A DNA stretch of 60,028 nucleotides, counting the filler, from Globobulimina sp. (lineage: Eukaryota): NCBI GenBank assembly GCA_003354225.1. It is 12 parts of 12 records of this genome, joined end to end, with 100 filler letters (N's around TTAATTAATTAA, not from the genome) between each part and the next. Parts side by side here need not be neighbours in the genome. Positions count along the whole stretch, not along the records: positions 50,119 to 55,025 come from PIVH01000853.1; positions 55,126 to 60,028 come from PIVH01000854.1; 10 more parts are not named here. The stretch is one strand, 5' to 3'. Of the stretch, positions 50,019 through 60,028 are shown piece after piece (positions within the stretch are counted from its first letter, which is position 1; the number at the start of each line of letters is the position of its first letter). Below the pieces are notes generated by a model. The model saw only the letters and a list, made by a program, of their open reading frames with translations, was not told the origin of the DNA and did not search any database. The position numbers and the translations under genes are program-made.

Positions 50019-50118
50019 NNNNNNNNNNNNNNNNNNNNNNNNNNNNNNNNNNNNNNNNNNNNTTAATTAATTAANNNNNNNNNNNNNNNNNNNNNNNNNN
50101 NNNNNNNNNNNNNNNNNN

Positions 50119-51962
50119 GTGACAGGCAAGACATTTTAAAGAGATGTTCATTGATGAAAGTAAACCGCATAATCGGTCAAAATACAAAATCATTATCAGA
50201 TATATTAGAATGGAGGCATCATATTTATGAAAATTGTTATGATGTTCGCATTATAATTGAAGAAAATGAATCTTTACAATCAATCAATGAAAAAATAATA
50301 AATATATTATCAAATAATGAAAATTTATTTGTGTCAACAAGAGATTATAAACACGAAAGGTACGAGACATTATCAAATGTAATATTAGCAGGTTTGTCGT
50401 CGTCCGATGGCGGTTTGTATATTCCAAATAATTTCGCAGCAGCACTTCATAAATTCAGTGAAGGAGAATTGCGCAGAATTTGTAGAGAAGATAGTTACAA
50501 TGAAATTGCACTTCGTGTTTTGGAAACGTTTCCGTTGGATCACAATTTAACGTGTTCCAAATTGCGAGAAATCATAAATTCTGCATATAAAACCTCTCTA
50601 TTTTCAGATGAAGAAAATATAATTCCTTTAAGACAATTAGTGGATGACGGTGATGGCGATGATAATAAGTTATTTTTAATGGAACTGTTTCATGGAAATA
50701 CGGCTTCGTTTAAAGATGTAGCTTTGCAATTATTTCCAAAATTATTTCTAAATTGCTGCGATAATGATAACGCAGAACAAAAGTTATTTATTGTAGCCAC
50801 ATCTGGTGATACGGGGTCAGCGGTTTTGAATGGATTTAATGAATTGGGCAATGACACAAATATTGCAATTGTTATTTTATATCCATTGAATGGGATATCG
50901 GGCATTCAAGAAATGCAAATATCTCAATATGAAAAGGAAAATGCGAATAACATTTTGGTTTTAGGTGTGGAAGATAGTGATTTTGATTTTTGTCAAAATT
51001 GTATCAAAGACATATTTGAAAATGAGGAAATCTTGAAAAAAGATTTATATTTTGATTTTTGTTTGCAATATAAATTATGTTCTGCAAATTCTATAAATTG
51101 GGCCAGATTATTGCCGCAAATTCCATTTTATTTTTGGGCCTACAAACAATTAGCACAGCAACCGTTTGATTTATGTATTCCGACCGGCAATTTTGGGCAT
51201 GTTTTGGGTGGAATAATTGCAAAAAGAATGGGTGTTCCAATCAGGAAATTAATCGTTGCTACAAATGAGAATTGTGTTTTATATGATTTTATAGATAATG
51301 GCATGTTTGATAATGTGAATAGGACATTAAATAAAACATTGTCACCAAGTATTGACATATTATTACCCTCCAATTTAGAAAGATATTTAGATTTGATTTG
51401 CTATGGAAATGATCATGAAACAAATGAATTAATGAATGATTACAAAGTTAAAAAACAATTTAAGATTTCACAAAACATGAAAGAGATAATTGAAAATGAT
51501 GGATTATTGGTAGGTAAATCAAATGATAAGCAATGTTTAAAAATGATTCAATATATTTATGAGAAATATAATATTAAAATTGATCCGCATACTGCCATTG
51601 CTATGGATGTGACGCATTCATTTATGGAGAATGCAGACAATGTGCCGATGGTTATTGCGTCGACAGCGCATCATTCAAAATTTCCAGAAACGATATTAAA
51701 TGCATTGACATTGAATGATAAAATTAAATATGATGTAAATAATATGGAATATACTCAATTATTTGATATTTTAGAAAATAAATTTAAATCAAAAAATGGC
51801 ATTCATCCACAGATTAAAAGTTTAGTTTATGATAAATATGAAAAGAATACAATGGAAAACCAGCAAGGTGTTCAGCGATGTGATGCGAGGATAGATTCAG
51901 TGGCTGATAAAATCAAATCTTTTTTGAAAAAACGAGAATTTAATATGATAAAAAAATTGTAG
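50119..51962 (+). CDS. THNSL1: Threonine synthase-like 1 (shikimate-kinase-like + threonine synthase), 5' partial
   Basis: The contig begins in the kinase-like domain: DILKRCSLMKVNRIIGQ..SLSDILEWR..YENCYDVRI. It continues with FVSTR, GLSSSDGGLYIP, ELFHGNTASFKD (PLP Lys), VATSGDTG, SANSINWARLLPQ, IPTGNFG, SPSIDILLPSNLER and DPHTA. Confidence 0.9.
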
Positions 51963-52058
51963 CTTGTTATGCGACCACCGCTGTTAATGAAACTTATTGA
52001 AATTGATTTCTTAGTGTTTTGAAGAATAATTTGAGCTGAAAAGTTTTTTTGAAAGCTC

Positions 52059-54778
52059 ATGTTCACAAAATATTGTAGTCTTTGGCGATCTTATTTTCTT
52101 TTGTTGGCATTTCTTTCCTGGATATGCTATCAGTTCGTTATTATCCATGAACATGTTGTATATGCTCTAACTAGTAATCCTCGCAGATTTGCAGAAAGAT
52201 TTAATGTGATTGGAATCAGCAGAACAAATCTACACTCAAAAACATTAGAATATTGGCTGGATTGGTTTAATCATAAAACAAGCCAACAAGTTGGAAATAC
52301 AACATTTACTTTGTTACATTTTGATTATCATTCAAATTATGACATAACACATGATGCAATACATACATGTTCGCCTTCGCAATTAATTTATTACCATCAA
52401 TTAGTTGAACAAGTTAGGTCTGAATATTACATGATAAATACAAACAAGTGTACCACAAAATCTTTTGTTTATATATTAGACTTTTGATTCAATTGATCAT
52501 TTATTTGGAGCAAGAAACATTAGTAATATATCACAATATATTTATCAATATGGCTATATCAATCAAATAATATGGATTTATCCAGATCATTGGATAAATT
52601 ATACACAATTATTCATTAATGGTCTTAATTATCATCGATTCCGTAATCTTATATCAAATATGACATATTACCTAACACCAATTGCAAACGACAAATATGA
52701 ATACGCATTTTCTACAAATGGATTAACTACGGATGAAATAGAATTCTTTCAAACAAAACTATCATTTTCAAAGATTATAACACCACACTCCAGTCATACA
52801 AGCCATACATATGACAGTGCGACGTCGATTAGATTTCGTATTCATGCAATCCCGTTGTCGGAATTACAAGCTCTCATTGTAAACAGTAAAATATTTGAAA
52901 ATAACAAAGTTATCTTAGATGTTGATTTGGATTTTTTTATTTGTCAGTCACCGTCAGAAACATTGAAGGATTATTTCAATTGGAATCAAAATGAAATGGC
53001 AGATCTATTCAATACATATTTATCCCATCATCAATATGCTCCGTCACATATTCATGCTGAAGATCTCCAGTATGCAATGATGGTGTTATTGCATCAATTA
53101 TCAGCTGCGGATAAACCGCACCAAACTGCACATGCATTGGACGAATCAGTGTCAAAACACAAAGATAAAATGGAAGCGGATGTGCCTCAAATAGCAGATG
53201 CGATGCAATATGCAACTGAATCTCATTTAAGCCCTTTAGAGTTAAGAGCTTTGTTGTATCATTTATATAGATTTCATTTAGAAATTGGTGATGCAGAATT
53301 TGTGAAACCAATGAGCGATTATATAGAAACCCACCAACATTTGGATAGTTATTTATTTTCAGTCAATGATAATGATTCTTATGTTGTTGATCATCATACT
53401 TTGCATAACAAAATTGCTGAAACAATGCAGATGAATCACATGAATGATATTTTATACAATGTGTCTTTGAATGAATTCGGTCAAATAAATGATTTTAATC
53501 ACCACTCAAATTATGCTGAAATGGCGCAATGGATTGAAAATCATAAATTAATCTCTGCAGAAGTTGAAGATCAAGATTTAAATGAAGTGGATGAAGCAGA
53601 ATTTATTTCGAACTGGCTGAAAAATGTCTGTTTCTATTTATTAATACTTATTAATTAGCCTTAAATTTAACATTATTTTGAAAAGTTGCGAAAGGATGGG
53701 AGTATTTACAAGTTAACACCGAATTTGCTATCAGATATTGTACATAACCTAACTGCAGAACAAAATTATAATTTGTCACTTTGGACAGAAATTGTTAGAC
53801 ACTCAGTTTTGTTTAATATGTTTTTTGAGTGTATTTTGTGAATATTTGTAACGAACATAACAGAGCTCAATAAAGAATATTTCTATGTGGGCACCAAATC
53901 ATGTCCAATTTGTCCATTCATTGGAGCAACAATATGGTATCGATCAAGTGCATGATGATTATACGACATATCCTGAATCATTGGAACAATTAAAAGTGAG
54001 TGGAGATTATCTGTATTTTGAGTGGCAACATATACTAAATCATCACGCCAGAAATAGCAATGCATCGTGGATCAACAGGTATGTTGGCGGGAAAAATACA
54101 ACTCCGCATTTGGAGGATCATGCTTTAGACGGAAAAAGTACATTATCTGCACATAATTTATCAAATCTCCTTCCATGGGATTCATTAGATCCAATTCAGA
54201 AACATTTCCTACGAAAAGGAAATCATAATTTGTTGGAGAAATTTATATCATCACTCAGCAAACATCAAAGAAAGTTTCTAGACTGGCTTATTTTTTGTCA
54301 CTTACATGGTGATATATGTGAAAATGGACATTCTCCAATTGATTTATTGGGAGAATCCAGTGAAACGTATTCTAAATTGCAAAATGTTGACTGGGAAGAT
54401 ATTAATGAATTACCCGCAATAATATCTTCCGAGAAACATAATGATATGCTACAATTTACGACTGTTTTTCACTCATTTGAAGCAGCTGATAATAAGCCTT
54501 CTCAATTGCAGTATGTTGACTATGTCCCATCAGTTGACGAGATATTGGATAATATTTATACGATACAAAATATTTTGATTGATAACAAAGTATCCATTAT
54601 GACAATTGGTATAGAAATGTCATATGGTCATATTCCAAAAAATATACAACAATGGTTAGATTGTCAAGTTTCAATTTCATTATATAATGCTCTTCAAAAC
54701 GAATCACAGTTTGTGAGATTTCAAACATTTGACAAAGATAAACAAATTTTAAACAATGAGTGTTTTGATGAACTGTGA
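52059..54778 (+). CDS. UPF0489 (C5orf22-like) domain protein with N-terminal signal/TM, multi-exon
   Basis: Motifs LLHFDYHSN, INQIIWIYP and VILDVDLDFF. The first intron is about 52413-52479. Further introns between about 53625 and 53865 are not fully resolved. Confidence 0.65.
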
Positions 54779-55294
54779 TAAAATATATTCAACGCAAAAA
54801 TCAATAATACATTAACATATATATATATATATTTGAACTTAATTAATATGTTTGTTTTCAACATGTACAACTTAATCACATCAAAGAAATCGACTACGTT
54901 TTGAAATTTGAACCTGGTGACTGGTGAACGACCAACAATAAAAAACTTTTCGAACTGCTAAATTTTCAGTACATATCGGAAAGCCCTTAATTTCACGATT
55001 ATGTATCAAATTAAATGGGACGAGGNNNNNNNNNNNNNNNNNNNNNNNNNNNNNNNNNNNNNNNNNNNNTTAATTAATTAANNNNNNNNNNNNNNNNNNN
55101 NNNNNNNNNNNNNNNNNNNNNNNNNTTAGTGCAAATAATGAGGTGATTGATGAGACTGTGATTACTATGATATCAAACTGGTCGAACGTGTCAAACGGCG
55201 ACATTGTTCAAAGTTTATTTAAAAACATCTTAAATAAATCTTTTGAGTGCGCTAGCGGGAAAAGAGTTAAATATCCGAAACAACGTAAAGTTCA

Positions 55295-56932
55295 ATGTCG
55301 TGGCTAAATGTAGTGGATTTTTTTGCATTATTTATGGTTCCGATAACCATTATTATGTTGCTGATGATTTGGTTTTACCACGCAAAAAAACATGACAATA
55401 TCTTGACACTTCCTGATGGATATCAACCAATAATTAGTCATTCACATTATTTTTACCAACAAATATTTGTGAATAATAATGAACACGATTGGATGCATAA
55501 TATATTGAATAATAGCCATAAACATTCTAAATTATTATGTTTAACGTTTCCATTCAATACAAAACATATATTAATAAATGATATGAAAATTATTGAATAT
55601 TTATTTGATAGAAAAGAAAAAGATTTATTCATAACCAAAAATCAATTTGATTGTTATAAGGATTTATTAGGAATTTCAATTATTAATGCAAATGGGGCGC
55701 CGCATAAAGTAGATAAAACAAAATCAATCAAATTCTTTGAAGATAATAATAATAAAACAACATGGAATAAGCATTTTGATGCCACCTCAAAATTAATGAT
55801 AAATAAAATGAATGATAATGCATATCACAATATAAATGAGTTATTATTACGTAGTTGTTTAGCATCCTTTTGTTTAATTTATATTGGAACAGATTTAAAT
55901 TTATTGCAATCATATCCTAATCACCATCCATTTTTAAATGCATTCAATCAAACATTGTATTATGCAAATCGAAGATTTTATAAATCGTACTGGAAAGGTT
56001 TAAAATATTTTAGTTTGGGCACTGAAAATATCATCAAAAATGGCATTATTTTAATGGATAGTATTTTAGCGATAGTTTGTGAGTCAAAGAAATCGAAAAT
56101 TAATACCACTCAATGTATTAATCAAAGATTAAAAGAAAGAAAAAGAACAAATAAATTAAAAAAACATGCCAGTAAAACTCAACAAAAATATATCAATAAA
56201 AATGATGGAAATATGAATGTGCAAAAAGAAAATGAGAGTTCAGGTATGGAATCAATAGAATTTATTGAGTTGGCACAGGATAATTTGATTGATTTTTATT
56301 TAATGAATGATGATACCATCGAATTACAAGAATTGCGAGATAATGTTATGAATTTCTTATATGCGTCGCGAGATCATTTGGCATTATTAATGTCGTGGTT
56401 TTTTTATGAAATTACATTGGATGAAAACAAATCGGTTTATAATAAATTAATAGCGGAAATATTAGGTGTTGACAAACAGAATAAATATAATATAAAAAAA
56501 TTAAAATATTTAGAAAATTGTTTATTTGAAACCTTGCGATTACATCCGGTGAAACCATGGATTATCCGGCAATGTATGGCCAATATTAATATCAAAACAT
56601 GCGACAATATTATTAAAAAAAATGATTATATTGCAATTCATAATTATTCCATTGGCAGATCAGAGAGGATATGGAATCAAGCAATGAGATTTAAACCAGA
56701 AAGATTTGAGGATTTGAAGAAAAAAAATAATGACTTTATAAGTACTTTTTTTGGGATAAATACGAGGTGTTGTATGGGTAAACAGTTAGCTATAAATGCA
56801 GCGAAAATATATATTTTTAATGTATTGAAGGATTATGATGTTATACCAAAGCAAAATCAAAAGGTAAAATATGCGCCCTCTACGGTATTGCATATGAAAC
56901 ATGGATTTTATGTGAAATTGGTGAAACGATAA
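55295..56932 (+). CDS. Cytochrome P450 (CYP86/704-clan-like), atypical motifs
   Basis: N-terminal TM anchor, I-helix NFLYASRDHL, K-helix ETLRLHP, FKPERF, and heme motif FGINTRCCMG. Confidence 0.9.
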   Translation: MSWLNVVDFFALFMVPITIIMLLMIWFYHAKKHDNILTLPDGYQPIISHSHYFYQQIFVNNNEHDWMHNILNNSHKHSKLLCLTFPFNTKHILINDMKIIEYLFDRKEKDLFITKNQFDCYKDLLGISIINANGAPHKVDKTKSIKFFEDNNNKTTWNKHFDATSKLMINKMNDNAYHNINELLLRSCLASFCLIYIGTDLNLLQSYPNHHPFLNAFNQTLYYANRRFYKSYWKGLKYFSLGTENIIKNGIILMDSILAIVCESKKSKINTTQCINQRLKERKRTNKLKKHASKTQQKYINKNDGNMNVQKENESSGMESIEFIELAQDNLIDFYLMNDDTIELQELRDNVMNFLYASRDHLALLMSWFFYEITLDENKSVYNKLIAEILGVDKQNKYNIKKLKYLENCLFETLRLHPVKPWIIRQCMANINIKTCDNIIKKNDYIAIHNYSIGRSERIWNQAMRFKPERFEDLKKKNNDFISTFFGINTRCCMGKQLAINAAKIYIFNVLKDYDVIPKQNQKVKYAPSTVLHMKHGFYVKLVKR

Positions 56933-57005
56933 ATCATGTGACAGTATAAAAACTACACTCAAACAATAAAGTCCGCGAAACGACGTAAAACACTTATTTA
57001 TTTTG

Positions 57006-58528
57006 TTATTTTTTAAAAAACGGAGAGTGTCTTATTTGCGAATTCCCAAATCCGTAATCATTTGTACAATCATTATAATTTAAATTAATCTGCCATTCCC
57101 ATATTCTTTTATCCAGACAACACTTTGGTACTAAGTCCCATCGCTTCATTCCTTCATTAAAAAACTTCTCAAATTGATCACTTAAATTCTCATTTGCCAA
57201 TTTCAACTGACATTGAATTCTCTGTCTCCTTTGTTCCTTTCTCTTATTCTCACATTCTAACCGCCACATTTTATCCTCGTCGCGAAACTCCTTTGTTTCT
57301 GGATATCCATTCACTCCATTTATCACTGACAATTTACAAATATTTTCATATTCCTCTTTCTCTTTTTCTTTTTCCCTCTGTTTCTCCCTCTCTTTCTCCC
57401 TCACTTTCTCTCTCGACCGCTGTTTCTCGCAATCATCCTTTGTTTGTGTTTGTGTTTTTGATTTCGATTTGGAGCGAGACCGGGAGCGCGACCTATTATT
57501 CCTGGAAACAATATGGTTATTTGCTTGTGTCTGATAAGAATTATATTCGTAGCGAGCTCTGCCTCTACCTCTATCTCTGCCCATTCCTCTCATCCCTCTC
57601 AATCCTCTGCCTCTGCCTCGTGGTGCTATATACTCATTGCCTCCGTATCTATATTGATTCATTTGATTCATTGGATTGCCACCATAATATTCATTATACC
57701 CTCCTCTGTTATCTATAGCTCTGTTGCCCCGGCCATAGTATTCATTATTATTGCAATTGTTATTTTTATTAAATGTAGGCGGTAATTGGATGTACGATGG
57801 TGTCTGATGAATATTATTCTTGTTATTGTTGTTGTGGTTGTTGTTGGTATTGTTGTTAAGGAATTCATTTAAATTTGACGGTTCTTCCCAATCCTCTTCG
57901 TTTAAAATGCGAATTGATTTATTATTTAGGTCTTTTAATACATTCTTTAAAACAAATGTTTTCATGTCACAAAATATATTTTGATTAGACCATGACTCAC
58001 ATATTTTTTTTATGCCATCGTATTGCGATTGAACGGCTATGTTATATTTTAAATATAATTGGTTTATAATTAGGTGCAAGGAGTTGGAGTTAAAATTATT
58101 ATAAATGTATGATTTATACCTGATTTGCATGGAAATACGAGATTAAATATTAATGAATGCAATTTTGGCGCAACGTAATCACGTAATTTTTGACACAGTT
58201 TGTTCATATTTGATAACTGATTAGTATTTATGTCATGTTTTGAATTTTTGGAATGATAATAATTGTTTGGATTATTAATTAAATGGGATAATATTAAAAA
58301 TAATTTGTATCGATTGTGATAGTCAATGTAATAGGATGTGGCGGAGGCAGATGGCTGATATTCATTCAATAATGATTCAATCAGTTCAAATATACAGATT
58401 GGGCTTAATGATAATTCAAAAAACAAATAATAATGAATATCTAATGATTTCAAGCTTGAATCGAATGTATCCTCTGACTCCAGTAACGTTGTTATGTAAT
58501 TTCTTAGTTTTTGTGTTGGTGAAGACAT
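57006..58528 (-). CDS. CID-like (RNA Pol II CTD-interacting) protein with RG-rich, RS and RE regions
   Basis: Two ORFs join via intron 58037-58119 (FPCKSA-VQSQY). Helical CID-like region: RYKLFLILSHLINN...KKICESWSNQNIF. Low-complexity tracts: RGRGRG, RSRSRSRS and REKE. Confidence 0.65.
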
Positions 58529-58563
58529 GATACAAAAAGTTGTTTAGTGGAGTTTAGAGAATC

Positions 58564-59461
58564 ATGAAAAGTTTATTACGGCTGAGATCTCCAAAATCAA
58601 TACATTCTATAATTACTCAACATAACTTTTTTATTTCACACTGCGTGTTTCATAGTGCTATTATTGCGGAAGATTATTACAAACAAAGCAATAGATTTGA
58701 TTTTGATAGAATAGATAAATCGGATCAGTTATCAGTTTTAGATCAAATAGATTATGACAGCACTGTTCGCGATCGGAATAATATGCAACAATATAGTGAA
58801 AGGAAGAAAATTAGGAAAAGAAAAACGGAATTACGCAATAAAAATGTGTACATAAATCAACTATTTGAACATCGCGAATATTATGAATCAAAGAGTCAGA
58901 TTCTCAAACAACAAATTAAATGCATTAATGATTATATTGAGCAGTTTGAGCTTAATTCTTTAGATTTTGATTTGGAAATAATAAGGAAAGAAATGCTGCG
59001 TTTTGATGTTTCATTGAAATTAAAAGTATGAAATTTCTATAAATTTCAATGACTAAAATGAATTGCAATTGAAATGGAATTGAAACATTGAGGAAATACA
59101 CAGAGTGTTGGACGAGCATTCATTTTGCAGAGATAAAGTATGTACAGATGGTCAATCAAAGGAAGAGTTTGCAAAAGCTGTAGTTGACGGGACTTACAAT
59201 AAAGTTTTGGCAACACAGACTACTCAATACTGGCGGTCACAAATCATGAAACGGGAATACTTTCGTGGCACATTTGAAGCAAAACAGCGGGTAAAATTGC
59301 AAAATATGCAATCAGAATTGGACAGTGTGACAGAAATAAGTGGCAGACAAAGTGTGATGTCGGTTGAAAGGAAAGAAAATGAGCAGAAAAACCAAGTGTT
59401 ACAATCTAAATTAAGTTGGCTGAGTGCATTGCAGAGAAGGGAAAATGTTGTGTATCGGTAG
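58564..59461 (+). CDS. Hypothetical coiled-coil protein(s); exon structure uncertain
   Basis: ORFs 58564-59031 and 59105-59461. A GTATGA donor lies at about 59026, but no clean in-frame acceptor was found. Confidence 0.45.
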
Positions 59462-60028
59462 CAAAACAATTAAATTCCACTGACAACAATTCAGTCAATT
59501 CTCAACTGGCATGAAATAATTCCAATAAATTCTTCGAACCAATATGTTTATAAATATCATGAATTATCATATTTGATGATAATACTCGTGTTTTAATTAA
59601 ACAATTTATTTAATTCCAACCATAAAAACTTGCAAGTTCTGTGTCTGTGCGTGTAGTGTGCATCAGTGTATACTGAATATTTGATAATGTAATATAATGG
59701 CAAAAATATGTAAAATGAAAATTATTATATTGAGTTCTGTCATATCCACTGTTACTGAAAAACCAGCTTATTATAAAAAACGGAAAACTGAAAAATTATC
59801 AGACCAGTCTCACTGTCTCATCACACACCTGTTGAAATAGATAATCATCTCATCATACAATTTTAATTGAAAATCAAAAGAAAAAAAAGAATTGACAAAT
59901 ATGAATCACTTATTACTAATAATTTTATCCTTATTTCTAACCTGTACATATATTGTGTCCCTTTACCATTTTAATATTAATGCGAATTTGCGTCTATAAA
60001 TAACCACATATAAATTGACTAATACACA

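Noticed and set aside
4918-55125. Regularly spaced TTAATTAATTAA palindromes about every 5 kb
   Set aside because: These are artificial six-frame-stop linkers embedded in N runs, not biological repeats or a CRISPR array.
1-60028. Apparent clustering of ubiquitin/immunity genes (ART, E2 fusion, RNF213-like, F-box) as a 'defence island'
   Set aside because: The genes sit on different contigs concatenated by length, so adjacency across linkers carries no information.
1-60028. Genome-wide stop-codon reassignment
   Set aside because: TAA, TAG and TGA all terminate well-supported genes, and nearly all ORF breaks are explained by GT-AG introns.
1-60028. rRNA, tRNA or CRISPR arrays
   Set aside because: None were recognised by eye. 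A tRNAscan-SE/Infernal run would be needed to exclude small RNAs.

Overview
This window is not one continuous locus. It is 12 unrelated contigs of about 4.9 kb, ordered by decreasing length (4917 to 4903 bp): 1-4917, 5018-9933, 10034-14947, 15048-19960, 20061-24973, 25074-29983, 30084-34993, 35094-40002, 40103-45011, 45112-50018, 50119-55025 and 55126-60028. They are joined by artificial 100-bp linkers (N44-TTAATTAATTAA-N44). The DNA is AT-rich, gene-dense eukaryotic nuclear sequence with short GT-AG introns (about 24-155 nt) and very short intergenic spacers. The gene repertoire suggests a rhizarian protist, probably a foraminiferan; this is inference only. Recognisable genes include a TPR-rich protein, tepsin, a calmodulin-like protein, a class C-like GPCR, a ferlin, an RNF213-like E3, F-box-like proteins, MFS transporters, a TLDc protein, a 4-domain cation channel, a Ras-like GTPase, DUF4419, THNSL1, UPF0489, a P450 and a CID/RS protein. 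The most notable items are: (1) a Sola2-like DDD DNA transposon with inverted repeats of at least 215 bp around a spliced transposase of about 1000 aa with its catalytic triad intact; (2) one spliced gene fusing a ubiquitin E2, a WWE-like domain, two S1 RNA-binding domains, an F-box-like motif and a conserved C-terminal domain; (3) a class C-like GPCR with an OpuAC-type binding domain plus EGF-like domains; (4) a 4x6TM channel with no acidic filter residues in the three visible pore loops; (5) a 279-bp foldback/MITE-like element. All family calls come from manual motif recognition; no database searches were run.
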